Made by a program: the position numbers and the translations under genes. A stretch of 63,984 nt of DNA, filler included, from Kipferlia bialata (lineage: Eukaryota), in NCBI GenBank assembly GCA_003568945.1. It is 6 parts of 6 records of this genome, joined end to end, with 100 filler letters (N's around TTAATTAATTAA, not from the genome) between each part and the next. Parts side by side here need not be neighbours in the genome. Positions count along the whole stretch, not along the records: positions 12,127 to 24,151 come from BDIP01001143.1; positions 24,252 to 36,264 come from BDIP01001144.1; 4 more parts are not named here. One strand, given 5' to 3'. Positions 13,190-26,642 of the stretch are shown here, in pieces; position 1 is the first letter of the stretch, and every line of letters begins with the position of its first letter. The notes below the pieces were generated by a model. It saw only the letters and a list, made by a program, of their open reading frames with translations, searched no databases and had not been told where the DNA came from.

Positions 13190-13375
13190 TCTCGTACTGC
13201 TACGCTGCTGAAAGGTTAAGCCGGACTGGTTTCAGTCTCCGACTTTCATGTCAGAGCAATCGGACATCTAATAATCTAAGCTCAGTCTCTCTATGCACAG
13301 GCACGTTTCCCCTGTACGTGACAGGCTAAAACACGGTGTGCCTGGGTGCGTTTGTGCCATTGTGCTGTAGGTGTA

Positions 13376-14901
13376 TATGGGGAAGTGCACTGCCAAGCTG
13401 CAGCCGCATTGTATGGGCAGAGATGGGAGTGAGACCCCTTCCCTCGGCATAGTCTCTGAATCTGCCGTCCCATGTTCTGTCTCCCGGGAAGCCGGTCTAT
13501 ACTTCTTTAGGGTGGTCCCAATGATGGTTATAGGTGAGCCAGATGCATTTTCTAGTCCTCCCCACCACTATTCTTGTATCAGACTCACATCAGTGTTTGC
13601 GGTGGGAATGGCTCTCTCGATATACCTCTACAACTTGAGTCTGGCTTCGTCGGATCCTGGCAGGTTCAACTGGCAATCCAACTTCATCAGGTGCTATCTC
13701 TATCAGTCTTGTGTGTCTCTCTTCAGTCTCTCCTGCGGGTACTAAGAGAAACTCTTACACTCAGCAATCTGAGTGATCCCCAATATACCCCATACTGGTG
13801 GGTATTTGCCTCGGTACTCATTGGTATGTGACTCCTTTGTATCTATGGTGCGCCCCCCCCCCCCCCTCATATATACCCATCTCCCCCAGGCACAGGTGTC
13901 TGCCTGTGCTGGTACCCCTTCCACTTGCAGGGGGTCCTCTCAGCAGTGCTGGCCAGAGGCTCAGACACTGCCCCCCCTCTAGCCACCTATTCTGGCTGGA
14001 CAAGACTTGGGCACAAGTGTTTTGGAGGCCTCTCACCATACATTCTAAGGTATATGAATGTGTGCAAAAGAGTGCGGCAGCATAGTCAGTGTACTATAGC
14101 ACCGCCCCCTCTATTCCCCCTATAGCGACCCATGATACTAGGTGGGAGAGACATGCTCTGCTTGTAGGGTCCTTTGCACTGATATTGGTGGGGGTGGTCA
14201 ACGAACAGGTATCTATGTAGTGTGGATGGTGGCCCAGACCCCCCCATAACCAGGAGTATTATATATATTGTACTGTGTATATGATATGGCAGTCGAATGG
14301 GTATATATGTTATCTGGGCTGACCCCAGCCCCGTCCCTGGTTCTCCATCGGCCCTGTGTCGGTGACGTATGAGATGGTCCACCTCTCCAGTCTCGGGGTG
14401 TTTGTGGGCACATACTTCCCCATAGTGGTGTATCACTGGTTTGGGGTGGCGTTGTGGAGTGTCTACGGCCCGACCGAGGCAACGTCTCCAGGTGTCCTCT
14501 GTGAGAGAGGGGCCCTGTCCCCCCATACCTACCTCACTGGCGACCCATCCGACCTAGTCACTGCTGGACATGTACCTGTGATAGAGGCGGTGCCACTGGA
14601 AGGGGGGAGGGCAGGTGGTGACTCTCTCCACACTGATGAGGGAGGGTCGGTACATCACTCCCATGCCCCACATAGGTTGGGTCTCTGGATGTGTTTAGTG
14701 CTCCAGAACCTCTATGTGCTCCTGAGTGCAGTGTACGGGCTTCTGTGGCTGGTACAGTGGCCAGGCAGTGCGTGCCCCTTTGTAGTGGCCCACAGGTGCA
14801 CGGACTACCCATCCATATCACCCCCTATCTGGGAGTGGTTCTATGTACTGGCCCTTGGCATCCAGATTGTCCTGGTACCAGTGGCCATGCTGCTTCTGTA
14901 G
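13376..14901 (+). CDS. hypothetical multi-pass membrane protein, multi-exon
   Basis: Hydrophobic exons (FAVGMALSIYLYNLSL; YWWVFASVLI; LGVFVGTYFPIVVYHWFG; WEWFYVLALGIQIVLVPVAMLLL*). Lies divergent from the ArfGAP gene. Confidence 0.55.
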
Positions 14902-15338
14902 GGTGCACATACACATACCATACCATGTCATGCTGTACCTTCATATGTATCCTGTGTATCTTCTGCTACCACCAGTGACTTCCCAAGTATAGTGCCCTAT
15001 TAGTAATAGGCTATTACTCTATATTCAGTGTATACCAGACCTTCTATCTAGCGATGGCAGTGTTTAACAATGTGTATCATATATATGTATCATAAATATC
15101 TCGTTCTGTTAATGCTTGTTGAGTGTAGGAACACATGATGCCTATCATCAATACCAATATACATACACCGACAGTACCCCTAGCATCATCAGAGATTGAG
15201 GCACTCATATATACCCCTAGGGACCCACCCTATTATAGACGACTACAACTGGCACGTAAAGAAGCTCCACATACTACTTGTACATAAGTGAATAATGAGT
15301 AAAGGGTAACGACACACACCGTCAGTGGAACCATAGCG

Positions 15339-17104
15339 TCAGACAGCAGTGTCCCCCATGAGACCGGAGGCCTCGCCGGTACTCTCTCGTTCATAGCCCT
15401 CTTCCTCTCCCTCTGCATGAGGTACACCCATCCCCTCATCGTCCACTGCATCTGCTAGGTCCTTGGCCAGCCGGTTGTGCTAAGGGTGAGGAGTGCGCAC
15501 ACCAGTAGCAATTGCACTGATATATATAGAACATGGGAGTGATGATGCGATCAGATGTACCTTTGTGTAGTAGAAGTACTGCGCTGCAATGGTGATGTCC
15601 ATTCCCAGCACCCCAGAGCTGCCCAGAATCCATGGGATCTAGAGATGAGAGGAATACTAGAGAGACTAGATGGACGTCAAGCGTAGGAGAGAGGGAAAGA
15701 GAGGGAGAGAACTCCAGACACCTGGGGCCAAGTGTCCTCCCATGAGGTGATTGTGAGGAATATGGACAGAGAGTAGGTGGCATTGGCACACACTGCAAGC
15801 ATGAACATACTCACACTCAGGGTCTCAGGTTCCTTGTCCCTTTGGTGAGATAGGACTGCATACATGAATATACACATAGAGTGAGTGCACACCGTTATAC
15901 AAGATGCACGCGCAGGAGAGTAGTACACTATATCTGCCAACACATACCTGAAGTTCTTCCGTATCTGACTTGTCCGGGACAGGACGTAGTTGATGCTCGA
16001 GATCCAGCCTATCAGTGAGCGGGAGAGAGTAGTGGATGATACACCCCAAATGAACACACAACAATATGCATTATATATATCGAGTGGGTCACCTAGTATG
16101 TATCCGATCCAGAACTCAATCTCCAACCCTCCCCCCTCTGTCTCAGCCAGCCGCTGGGTGTGGGTACTGGGACCACTACCACCGGATGCCCTGGCTAGGG
16201 CTGCCCCTAGGCATATGAACAGGGCCAGGGGGTGGAGCACCAGGGAGTCGCCAAGCAGGCCTCCCGGCACCTGTGTCTCTCTACCATACTCTCTCTCCCC
16301 CTGGCTCTGAGCGGGAGAGGCAGGCACAACGTCATAGAGCTTCTCCTGGACAATGGCAGGATCACTGGGGGGTCAGAAGGGGGGGGGGGCAGGAAGACTG
16401 AAGAGAGAGAGAGAGGAGAAATACATGTTGGAGTAGAATCGAACCCAGTGTGTGACAGACCCTGTGACAGAGTGTATACATACATCCACTTACCTACTGT
16501 CATTATCCTTGTATGCCTGGTACTGGTACCAAAGCACAGCATCGATGGAACAGAAGAAGAACCCACTCACCCTGAGGTGAGAGGAGGGGCGAGAAGACTC
16601 TCTCTGATACTGATACTGATACGTTGGAGGACTCTGTTCAGTGGATGTGACTAACATCTGTGTGGGTAATCCATGGGTAAGGATGCATCCGACCAGGTTG
16701 GTGAGGTCCCCTATACACAGGTTAATCAAGAACCCATATGACACACTCTTGACAGACTGCAACCTGTGTTTAGATCTGGGACAGAGGGTAGAATATATAG
16801 TCTATGGCAATCATAATTACCCACCTGTAGTTCTTCCACATTTGGGGCAGCTGTGCCACCATCCAGAACCCTACTGATGCCAGGCCACATATGAATGATA
16901 CGAGGTACTCAAGATCACCAACCTGGGGGTGGGTGACTGGAGGATATGCAATGGACGAATTGAATCCAGGTGGCACCACACCATTCCACCAGTAAGAGAG
17001 TGTTAACGGCATGTGTATGCATAGCACAGTACCTGGATGCACTGCCCAAGTCTCTCGAACAAGTGGTAGTACGGACCCCCATCAGCATCGCACTCAACAT
17101 ACAT
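15339..17104 (-). CDS. PQ-loop transporter, PQLC2/LAAT-1/Ypq-like lysosomal cationic amino-acid transporter
   Basis: First PQ loop SFICGLASVGFWMVAQLPQMWKNYR|LQSVKSVSYGFLINLCIGDLTNLVGCILTHGLPTQ. Second loop IGWISSINYVLSRTSQIRKNFR...LSVSMFMLAVCANATY. C-terminal GSSGVLGMDITIAAQYFYY. Confidence 0.88.
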
Positions 17105-17432
17105 GCTCTGCAACACAGGCAGACAGTAGCTATATGCTCTTCACTTCACGTGATTGGTCCCTACAACGCTCCTGTTCTCTCCAATACCAGTAGCTCTGAT
17201 ACAATGGACCTTTGCAGCACCACAGAGACTTCAATATGGCACTCCTCACTGTGTCGGTGCGAAGGAGAAAACCAATCAATCAACTTGATTGGTTGCTGTG
17301 ATTGTTGTTTTTGAATGTAGGGTTGATATCAGGTCAGCATCTCATGTCTTCCTAGGGTGACCAGGGTAGAACCATTGTCACTCTCTTAGCTCCCCTGCCC
17401 TCGAGTTTGACTGTTCTGGTTCTATTGTGCAT

Positions 17433-19667
17433 ATGAAGGGTGCTACTGAGACAGATGAGCGCCTACAGACCCGTATCGGTTGGTGGATATCAGGTATGGA
17501 AGAGTCAGTGTCAGTCAATGGTCTTATGTAACAGTAAGAGCTTACTCTTTTGTGGCATTGATCCAGTATATGTATAAGTTTATGGAATGTGTAGTGATAC
17601 CCTCCCTCCCCGTCCCCCAATTCCCTATATAGCCTGTCCGTGCTGCCCTAGCGTACTATCCTCACCCCAAGGCCTTGTGAACAACCTTGCCTACAGCCTG
17701 ATGCTCAGTGCGGCAGAGGACTTGCTAGAGGGTGGGTGGGTTGGTAGTAGTGCTACGTCATTGGTACACAACACGCTCTTCGCATGCGTGCATTGACCCT
17801 TTGATGGCTACATTTATAGATCCATACCCCTCCTCTCCCTTCAGGGTCGGGTCTCGCCACCGGGGTAGTGCTTCTGTGCGACATCATGCCAACCCTCATT
17901 ATCAAGGTGCGGTGTATGTATTACACAGGGTGTTGGAGTCTACCTATTGTCTCTCTCTACCCTGACCCCAGATCACCGCTCCCTTCTACATGCAGAGGCT
18001 CAGCTATGCAGTCAGGGTCTGCATAGGTATGGGTATCGGTCTGGGCTCAGTCATATTATTATATGGAGTGGGATGGGAGTTGTATATATAGGGTCAGTGA
18101 ATTTACCATAACTCTCCCCCCATCCTTTCCGTATATATATCCATTTAAGTTCCCTACATATCCATTTAAGTTCCCTACATATCCCACCCCCAGTGGTTGC
18201 CAGTGCCCTCATTGGATTCCAGTTGGCAGGGTGGGTACATTGGTGCAGTGTACTCTGAGATTAGTGGCCTATACCCCCTGAGAGTGGCAGTTGGCTGGGT
18301 ACCTCGTAGTCTACTCTATCATATCACGACACCCATGACCCTCTGACCCAGGTGGTGTGACTCAGTCGCCCTCAAGCTCCTGGGTGTCATCTTCTGCAGC
18401 ATCAGCGCAGGTGCCAATATATATATATATTATATATTTCTTTTATATATTCCACCCTTAGTGCCTCTGTCTATGTATCAGTGCAGGTACTAAGCCAACC
18501 CTCTATCCCTCTGTCGTCTCCCTAGTATGTCTCCCCCCCCCCCCCAACCCAGGTGCCGGAGAGATCACGTTCCTGGCCTACTCGTCCTACTTCAACCGGG
18601 CAGCCATTTCGGCATGGTCCAGTGTACGGGGTGCTGATACTCCCTGAATATGTACTCTCTCTCTCCCCTCTCCCTCTCTCTCTCCACCTCTCTCTATCTC
18701 CCCCTCAGGGCACTGGCATGGCCGGCCTGGGTGCCTCTGGGTGCTATGCCCTGCTCACCATCGGCCTAGACATATCCCCCAAGGTATCAGTGTCAGTGTC
18801 AGTGTCAGTATGCGTTTCATGATGGGGACATCAATGTGCGTGCTGTGTGTATGTGCCGTGTCTCCTCACCCTCAGACTGCCATTCTCAGTCTCTGCTGGC
18901 TGCCCCTCCTTGAGGCCGCCATGTACTTCAGGGTCATCGAGAGGTGGGTGTCAGGTGCTGTCAGCCCTAGTTGCCTATATATATGTATGTCACACATGTG
19001 TATGCCCACCCCAGGCGCACCGAGCTCCCCTCCGCCCTTTCCTCCCGGTCTCTCCTCAGCAGCACCGCTTCGCCCCTGGACAGCCCCAATGCCATAGACG
19101 TGGGCACTGCAGTGTCTGCGATAGAGGCAGAGAGCACCGACAGCGATGACCTGATGGTCATGGAGATGGTAGCTGACACACGTCCAGCAGTCACGCAGAC
19201 AATGCCGCTGTCAGAGAGCGTAGGTGAGGATGGGTATATAGGTGTATATATGGCATTGTGTGTCCTGTCGTCCTCATTCTTACACTTCAGGATCCAGAGC
19301 CGCACACTGGTATGCGACCTCCCCCTCAGCATCACCCTCGTCCTTCATATCCTCTCTCTCCCTCAAGGAGAGAGTATCGCTGGTGAAGCCTCTACTCTGG
19401 CGGGTACGACTAAGATGCAGTCTCTGCGTGTGTGATGGAGACCACTCGAGTGTACTGGTATATATATATGTATATCCCTCACCGTCAGTACATGGCGCCC
19501 CTGTTCCTCGTGTATCTGTGTGAGTACACCATCAACAGTGGTGTAGGCCCCGTCACATACTGGCTGTGTGACGGGTGTCTGAGTCCAAGGTGCGATGTCT
19601 TATCTGACCCATCCCACTGACCCCCCCCCCCCCTCTCTACCCTCAGGGATGCCTTTGTCGTGTACAA
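17433..19667 (+). CDS. CLN3: battenin / CLN3 (Btn1) lysosomal membrane protein, 3' part lost in a scaffold gap
   Basis: WWISG|LVNNLAYSLMLSAAEDLL, GVVLLCDIMPTLIIK|ITAPFY, GAGEITFLAYSSYF...SAWSS|GTGMAGL and YMAPLFLVYLCEYTINSG are battenin motifs. Confidence 0.92.
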
Positions 19668-19728
19668 CNNNNNNNNNNNATGTGGTATATACACAATATC
19701 CATATGACCCCCCCCCCCCCTTCGCACA

Positions 19729-22700
19729 GTGACTGACTCTGTAGGCGTGACCCTGCAGGTCCTTGCCGCAGTGGTGGCCTGTCCCCCTGAGACCCAGGCC
19801 AGACTCATGGGGGCTAGGTTCTTCCAGTCCGACGCGGCCTCTGAGGAGTCCCAGCGGGAGTGGGAGCACCTCTTCTCCCTTCTGACTGCTCTCGATCCCT
19901 ATATCGACGCATCTGTTGTTCTGCGGTACCTGGCTGCCCTTGCCCTGACCCCTGTCCTAGCCCAGAGGCCGGGTCTGACCCCCATGGTGTCATCCCTCAT
20001 AGGGGCAGACCCCACCAAGCTGGGACAGGCCATGGGTGGGGGGGTGCCCTCTGCTGCGGCCCGTGCCTCCAGCCGCCTCTCTGCTGCCATCCACGCCCAC
20101 CTAGTGCATGCTGTGTGTGTGGCAGGGTCCACCCCCATCCTGCACCCTGAGAAGGCAGTGTCTGTCGTGGTCGTGCCCTCTCTGCCGCACATACCAGCTG
20201 CCACGAGGCCAGGCCATGTCTTCTGTGGACTGGCCGTGGAGCTGGCACGGGCCGTGGTTATCCAGGTAGGGGAATTCCTCATATGCCCTGAGATAGTATA
20301 ATGATGATCATACATATAGTTAAATAGCACTGACACCCACCCTGTCTCACCCTCCAGGCTACCGGTGCCCCAGAGTCCGAGCCCGGCAGGGTAGTCGACC
20401 TCATCCTAGGGGGGTCTGGCATTCTCTCACACTGCACAGGCGTGGCTACGTCCGGGGGTGTCCTCTCTGAGTCCATCATGGAGTCGCTGCGGGCAGCCCA
20501 GGGTGCCAACCCCAGCCTCTCAGCCGTGACAGACGGGGGGGTGTCCCTGGTGCATAGCTGCGGCAGCTGTCTCACTGTGCCGGGTACTGTGTTAGGTGGC
20601 ATTGCTCACATGGGGGCAGACCCACTGCTGGCAGAGGCACTCACCTCCCCCCTCGCCAGCCAGGCCGCCCTCTCCTTCCTCGAGAGGGTCAAGCAGGGCC
20701 TGCTGGGGGTCCTACAGCCTGCCGGTCAGTGCCAGGCACCCCACATTGTGTTGGTGACACCCGAGATACCGTCTGACCTTGGGGGTGCCCTCTCCACCTG
20801 CTCAACCTTTGTGTCTAGGACATACCTCCTCATGCCCCGGCTGGAGTGGCTGAGGAACAGGGACGTGACCCCAGAGGTCGTGTCCCTGGCTGGCATCATC
20901 AAGCACTTCAGCTCGCTGCTCCCACCCGCAGAGCAGAGCGTAGAGGAGGATGCCACCTCTAGGTGTGTGCGTATCCTGGACACGGTGCTGGGGAGGGGGC
21001 CCAGGCTTGTCCTCGGGGGCCATGCCCTTCTCCCTGCTGGTACCATGCACACCCTGGGGGACCTCTACACACGCAGAGGGGACGCGGTTTCCTGCATCGG
21101 GAAGCACTGGAAGGCGTACCAGGCTCGGAAGCAGGCAGCAGAGGTAGAGAGAGAGCGTGTGGCTGCAGAGAGTGCAGAGAGAGAGAGACTTCGTGCTGTC
21201 CAGGAGAGTGCCCGCTTGGCTGCAGAGGCAGAGGCAAGACAGAAGGCTGAGGCTGAGGCTGAGGCTGCTGAGGTGGATGTGGAAGTTGAGGTGTCTGAGG
21301 GTCTAGCCGAGGTGCACCCCTCCTCATACCAGCCTGGCGACTCCCAGATCATCGGATCCCTACCTTCCTATGCCAAGGATGCCTTGGTCGATGCCAGGAG
21401 GGCCATAGACAGGGCCATATCGGTTCAGGCAGGGGGCGCATCCACCCCAGCCAGTGTAGAGAGCACGTCCTACAAGGTGGCCCTGGACGATGACGACTTC
21501 TTTGCTGAGGAGGAGGGCAAGGCGGCAGGGGGAGAGGGTACTGAACCCTCAGCTACAAAGGAGACTGACTCCTCCCCTGCATCCCCCTCTCCTTCTCCTG
21601 GTGATGCCCCAGTCCCCATATCCAGACGGGGCAGCACCGTGCTGTCTGCCAAGGCAGTGGTGTATGAGTCAGATGACTTCTTCGGCGATGCCAGTGGCAG
21701 TGAGGGCGAGGCAGAGAGAGAGGGTCCCAAGGACTCAGAGGGTGCTGCCCGTACTGACACAGAGGCCCCTTCCCACTGGGAGAGAGACACAGAGGTGCGG
21801 CCATCCACCCCCCCTTCACCCTCTGAGGGTGAGATGAGGGAGAGTGCCGTCCGTATCCAGCAGGCATGGCGCCAGAGACAACAAGGGATGGAGAGTGAGA
21901 GCGAGGGGGACGAGTACTCCCTCAGGACGAGGGAGAGGGTGAGGGGCAGGCACTCTGCCTCGGCCAAGATGTCCCACTCCATGCGGGACGGAAGGTCCGC
22001 TGGGCATGCAGTGCCCCAGAGAGAGAGAGGCCCATCCCGTCACCTGCAGACAGAGAGGGTGAGAGACAGACCAGGGTATCTAGGGGAGACCATCCCCATG
22101 CGCCCTGCCCTGCCTCCCCCTCCCTCCTACCCCCCAGAGACCAGTCACCACACAGACCCCCTCACCCAGTCTGCTCTATCTGGACCAGCGTACGAGGGAG
22201 AGGCCGAGGGGTCAGGGAGGGACGCCACCATGGAGCGTCTACTGATGTTCCCCCCTGAGACCAGGTCTGCCCTGCTAGCTGTAGAGTCCCTGCTCACAAG
22301 GGCAAAGGGCAGGAGGTCCCTGTCACGGCCAGCTGTGCCTGTGAGGCCTCGCTCAGCCTCTGCTTCCACCTCTGGCAGACGTAGGACACCCACCTCTGGG
22401 ACCAGCCGTACCAGGCGAACCAAGGCACCCCCTTCCCACTCCCAGATTATGTCCCCCCCTAGACGCCCCCGGTCCCGCCCCATCTCCAGGGGGAGGGGCA
22501 CAACAGGTGGCCCATCCACCCCAGGGGATGCAGAGACTGACAGAGACAGAGATGCACACAGCAAGGGTGTGTTTGACAGACTCTATGAGGAGGCACCCGT
22601 GAGGGAGCAGAGGAGGCGGTCCCTGGCCAAGGAGTATGTCAGGGAGGAGATGAAGGACACCAGGCCGGGGCCCAGGATCAGCAGACGGAGTAAGGAGCTG

Positions 22701-23699
22701 GCAGCCGGTCTCCCCTCCTTCGAGGAGAGACAGCAGAGGTTCCTGGCCCAGAAGACCGAGCGCATCAAGGCGATCGAGGCCGAGGTGGTGGCCGAGGAGG
22801 GGCAGGGCCTGACCTTCCAGCCGGAGATATTGGACAAGAGCAGGAAGATGCGGCGGGGTCTGGAGACCTTTGCCACGTGGAAGCAGCGGAAAGAGGAGAG
22901 CAGAGAGGAGAGGCGGCGGGAGGTGGTGGAGTCTGAGCTGGCAGGCGTGACGTTCAACCCCAGCATCGACTCGAGGTCGAGGGTCATGGCCTCTCACACA
23001 CGCAAGAGAGAGAGGTCCGGCAGTGCCCACCGGACCAGGCAGACCCAGGCCTCAGCCAACGAGAGGCTGTACCACATGGCCAACGACCTGGAGTACAGGA
23101 GACAGCAGAGGGTCGAGGCGGCGGAGATGCTCACCAGAGTGCGCTGTGCTAACCCCCTCGGTTCGTGTATCCTTTGTGCTTTTCGGTACTCTATTTTCTA
23201 ATTACATACGTGTGGGTGTGACTATCCTATGTATACACTCATGTCAGGTGCCCAGATTCTGGACGACAACTCTGTCCCTGACAATGTGTTTGCCCGGCCT
23301 CTGTCTCTGTCCAGGGATGCCCTCCTAACATCCTCTGTGGGTGTCCCCTCCTCGGCCGATGTGAGGCTGGGCAGGACGGGGGCATCACTGCAGAGGGTGC
23401 TCAAGTATGCACCGCAGGAGGGGGGGCCTGTGTTTGAGCGCCTCTCCCGTGCCCGGTCCCCTGCCCAGAGCAGACGGCAGATCAGGAGTCTGGAGAAGGC
23501 CCTCATGGAGTCCTGCACCCCGATGATGCAGGATGGGGAGTACCCCCAGTATGGTGAGGCCTCGCCCTCTGCCAGGCATGGCGCAGACCGGCATGCACCC
23601 CAGCAGAGACAGAGGGCCCACCAGCCAGGGGCCATCCCAGCGGCCAGGGTCGACACCCTCTCAGAAATCGAGAGACTCATCCAGTCTTCCATTAAGTAG
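19729..23699 (+). CDS. large protein with IQ-like motifs, low-complexity middle and TF(Q/N)P-I/ERLY-type C-terminal repeats; 5' end missing
   Basis: 919-aa open exon 20442-23201 plus flanking exons. IQ-like CIGKHWKAYQARKQ and VRIQQAWRQRQ; repeats LTFQPEILDKSR, VTFNPSIDSRSR and VFDRLY. Last exon ends ...QSSIK* at 23699. Confidence 0.75.
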
Positions 23700-24101
23700 T
23701 GTGGACACTGAGTGTGATGGTGGTGTGGCACGGTGCGTACGTGTATGAATATATTTGTGTCCTGATGATGAAGTTGAATAGCGACTTATTAAGTCGAGGG
23801 ATTATTGTGACTGGTAAGTCCTAAATCACAAATCATGTCCCGAGGCAGAATGTTCTCCTTCTTTTCCTCTAACAGCATCCTAGGCCTAGTAGATAGACAG
23901 ATAGACAGGTAATGGTAGTTTCTTCGATTATGCTGAATGACTGTGTATGTGTGGACAGAAATGTGAAGGAAATTACATATATTCACCCTCTGCTGTTTCT
24001 TGTAGTGTTGCGGCAATTGTATCCAGGACATACCTTTCACTTCCTCTTCACAGTTAGTATCAAGGTAGTAACTGGCTATCGTGGGTGGGGTATGTCATTC
24101 A

Positions 24102-24151
<50 letters not shown>

Positions 24152-24251
24152 NNNNNNNNNNNNNNNNNNNNNNNNNNNNNNNNNNNNNNNNNNNNTTAAT
24201 TAATTAANNNNNNNNNNNNNNNNNNNNNNNNNNNNNNNNNNNNNNNNNNNN
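24152..24251. other. artificial contig linker
   Basis: N44-TTAATTAATTAA-N44. Confidence 0.97.
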
Positions 24252-24308
<57 letters not shown>

Positions 24309-24333
24309 ACTTATTTACACTATCTAACGATAG

Positions 24334-25501
24334 GCACTCTCTACTGCCGTTCTGCTGCAGCATCTGGCAGAGGACAGGGGGATGGACTCATTCGTCACAT
24401 GGATAGGTGAGTATATACATATATGTATCTATGAATAAAATAAATATTCTGTATAGTGCGAGTGTATATAGTGTATAAGTTATATATATATATGGGACAG
24501 CGGCATGGACTCATTCGTCACATGGATAGGTAAGGGGATCCTGCATTGTGGAGCATAACTACCTATTGAGTCTATCTCCTCACTATAGGTGCCCGACCCA
24601 CTTCGCTCGCGCGCTCTCTCTCTCTCTCTCTCTCTACCTGAACTATGTATCTCCTCTCACTCCAGGTGCCCTTGCTACATCACAGATGTGGCACGGCAAT
24701 AAGAGCAAGCACCAGAAGAGAAATATGGTAAGACACGACTCTATCACCTAGCTATGAAGTAGAAACTATGATTGTCTCTCTTTCACTGTCTTTGACCCCA
24801 GGTATCTAGGGATACCGTCCGATTCATGTTTGGACTCTTGGATGTGGAGAGTGTCACGGGTAGGGTATATATATGTATATGTATATGTCTGTATATATGT
24901 ATATATACATAAATATATATGTATATATGTACATAAATATATATATATATATACATAAATATATATATATGTGTGGAGAGTGTATATACTATTTTATATT
25001 TATGCTATTGTCTATTCATGTTTGGACTGTTGGATGTGGAGAGTGTCACGGGTAGGGCATATAATAATATATAATGTATATATATGTATACATAAATATA
25101 TATATATGTGTGGAGAGTGTATATACTATTTTATATATATACTATTGTCTATATAGGTTTGGACTGTTGGATGTGGAGAGTGTCACGGGTAGGGCATATA
25201 ATAATATACATATGTGTATATATATATGTATATGTGGAGAGTATTACGGGTAGAGCATATGTTTATACTACTATATATTTATACTATTATTATATATTTT
25301 TACTCTTGTCTATTCATGTTTGGACTCTTGGATGTGGAGATGTCACGGGTAGGGCATTTTCATTATATATTGTAGTATTTACATGTATATGTTTTCATCG
25401 CACTCCCAGGTGCCTCCTTTCTCTCTTCCTCTCTCTCTCTATTTCTCTCTCTCACCCACTCTCTCTCTCTCTCTGACTCCCAGGTGCCTCCTTTCCCACC
25501 T

Positions 25502-25532
<31 letters not shown>

Positions 25533-26642
25533 ACAAATTTATGTATATTTTTATATATCTGACTTCCAGGTGCCTCCTTTCCCACCTTCTTCGACGTCCT
25601 TGTCCAGAGTGGGGAGCAGCTAGGTATAGTGGTATGGCATTCTATGATTTAGGATGATATTATCATAGTTTATAGTCTAGAGTATAGTCAATAGTATATT
25701 TGTACCCCACCTTCTTCGACGTCCTTGTCCAGAGTGGAGAGCAGCTAGGTATATATAGACACTGAATTATATGGCATAGTTAGTCATTGTCAATGGAATA
25801 GTGAGTTCTGGACTGTAGTCTATATAATGGTATTAGTATCCCGCCTTCTTTGATGTCCTGGTCCAGAGTGGAGAGCAGCTAGGTATATAGTGGTAAATAG
25901 TCTTGTTATTGGTTCCATTGCATAGTGTATCATTATGGTCCATAGCATATGTTCTATTGTATACAGACTTTGTTTGTATTCGTTTGTATTGCACTGATCC
26001 CAGGCCTTGGTCAGTCCGAGTAGGAGAGGGATCGTCTCTCTCTCTCTCTCTCTCCCTATATATTCATGTATATATTTATATATGTGTGTGTGCGTATGTA
26101 GTATGCCTCACCCCAGGCCTTGGTCAGCCCGAGCAGGAGAGAGAGAGGGGCAGGGGCAAGAGAGAGAGAGAGCAGGACATGGTGCCAGTCATTGCACTCC
26201 AGCAGCTGGGCAGGGCATTTGGGAATGGTGAGACTCATACGTAGAATGCTCATGTGTTTCAGAAGTACATAATACATAATAATTCATATTTCCCCTTCTC
26301 ACACCAGGTATGCTGAGGCTCAGTTCCCAGATATCCCAGCTCGAAGGTGGGGAGAGATACTGGGAATGGTATTGGGTTCTTATATGCACACGTAGCATTC
26401 GTTGCATATCATTCTCGTCTTGGATAGAATAGTGTGTCTAGTGTCGTTATTATTCATTGGAGTACCACTTCTCTTTTAACATCCTGGTGTTGTCCAGCAT
26501 TCAGTATAGTGTATCACATTTTCGCTTCTAATCTTCAGGTGTTGATGTCGAGTATCCTGTCAAGTACACCGAGGATGATGAGTTTGTGTCTAAGGCTAGG
26601 GCCAAGGGGATAGAGCGGATGAAGTCTGAGGACCAAGACTAA
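24334..26642 (+). CDS. hypothetical protein, 3' part, multi-exon
   Basis: Frame-consistent splicing: ALSTAVLLQHLAEDRGMDSFVTWIG|ALATSQMWHG...|VSRDTVRFMFGLLDVESVTG|ASFPTFFDVLVQSGEQLG|...|VDVEYPVKY...KSEDQD*. Confidence 0.7.

Noticed and set aside
19729..20820. Chaperonin-like (BBS/TCP-1) resemblance of the N-terminal part of the IQ protein
   Set aside because: No diagnostic GDGTT-type motif is visible; cannot be supported without a profile search.
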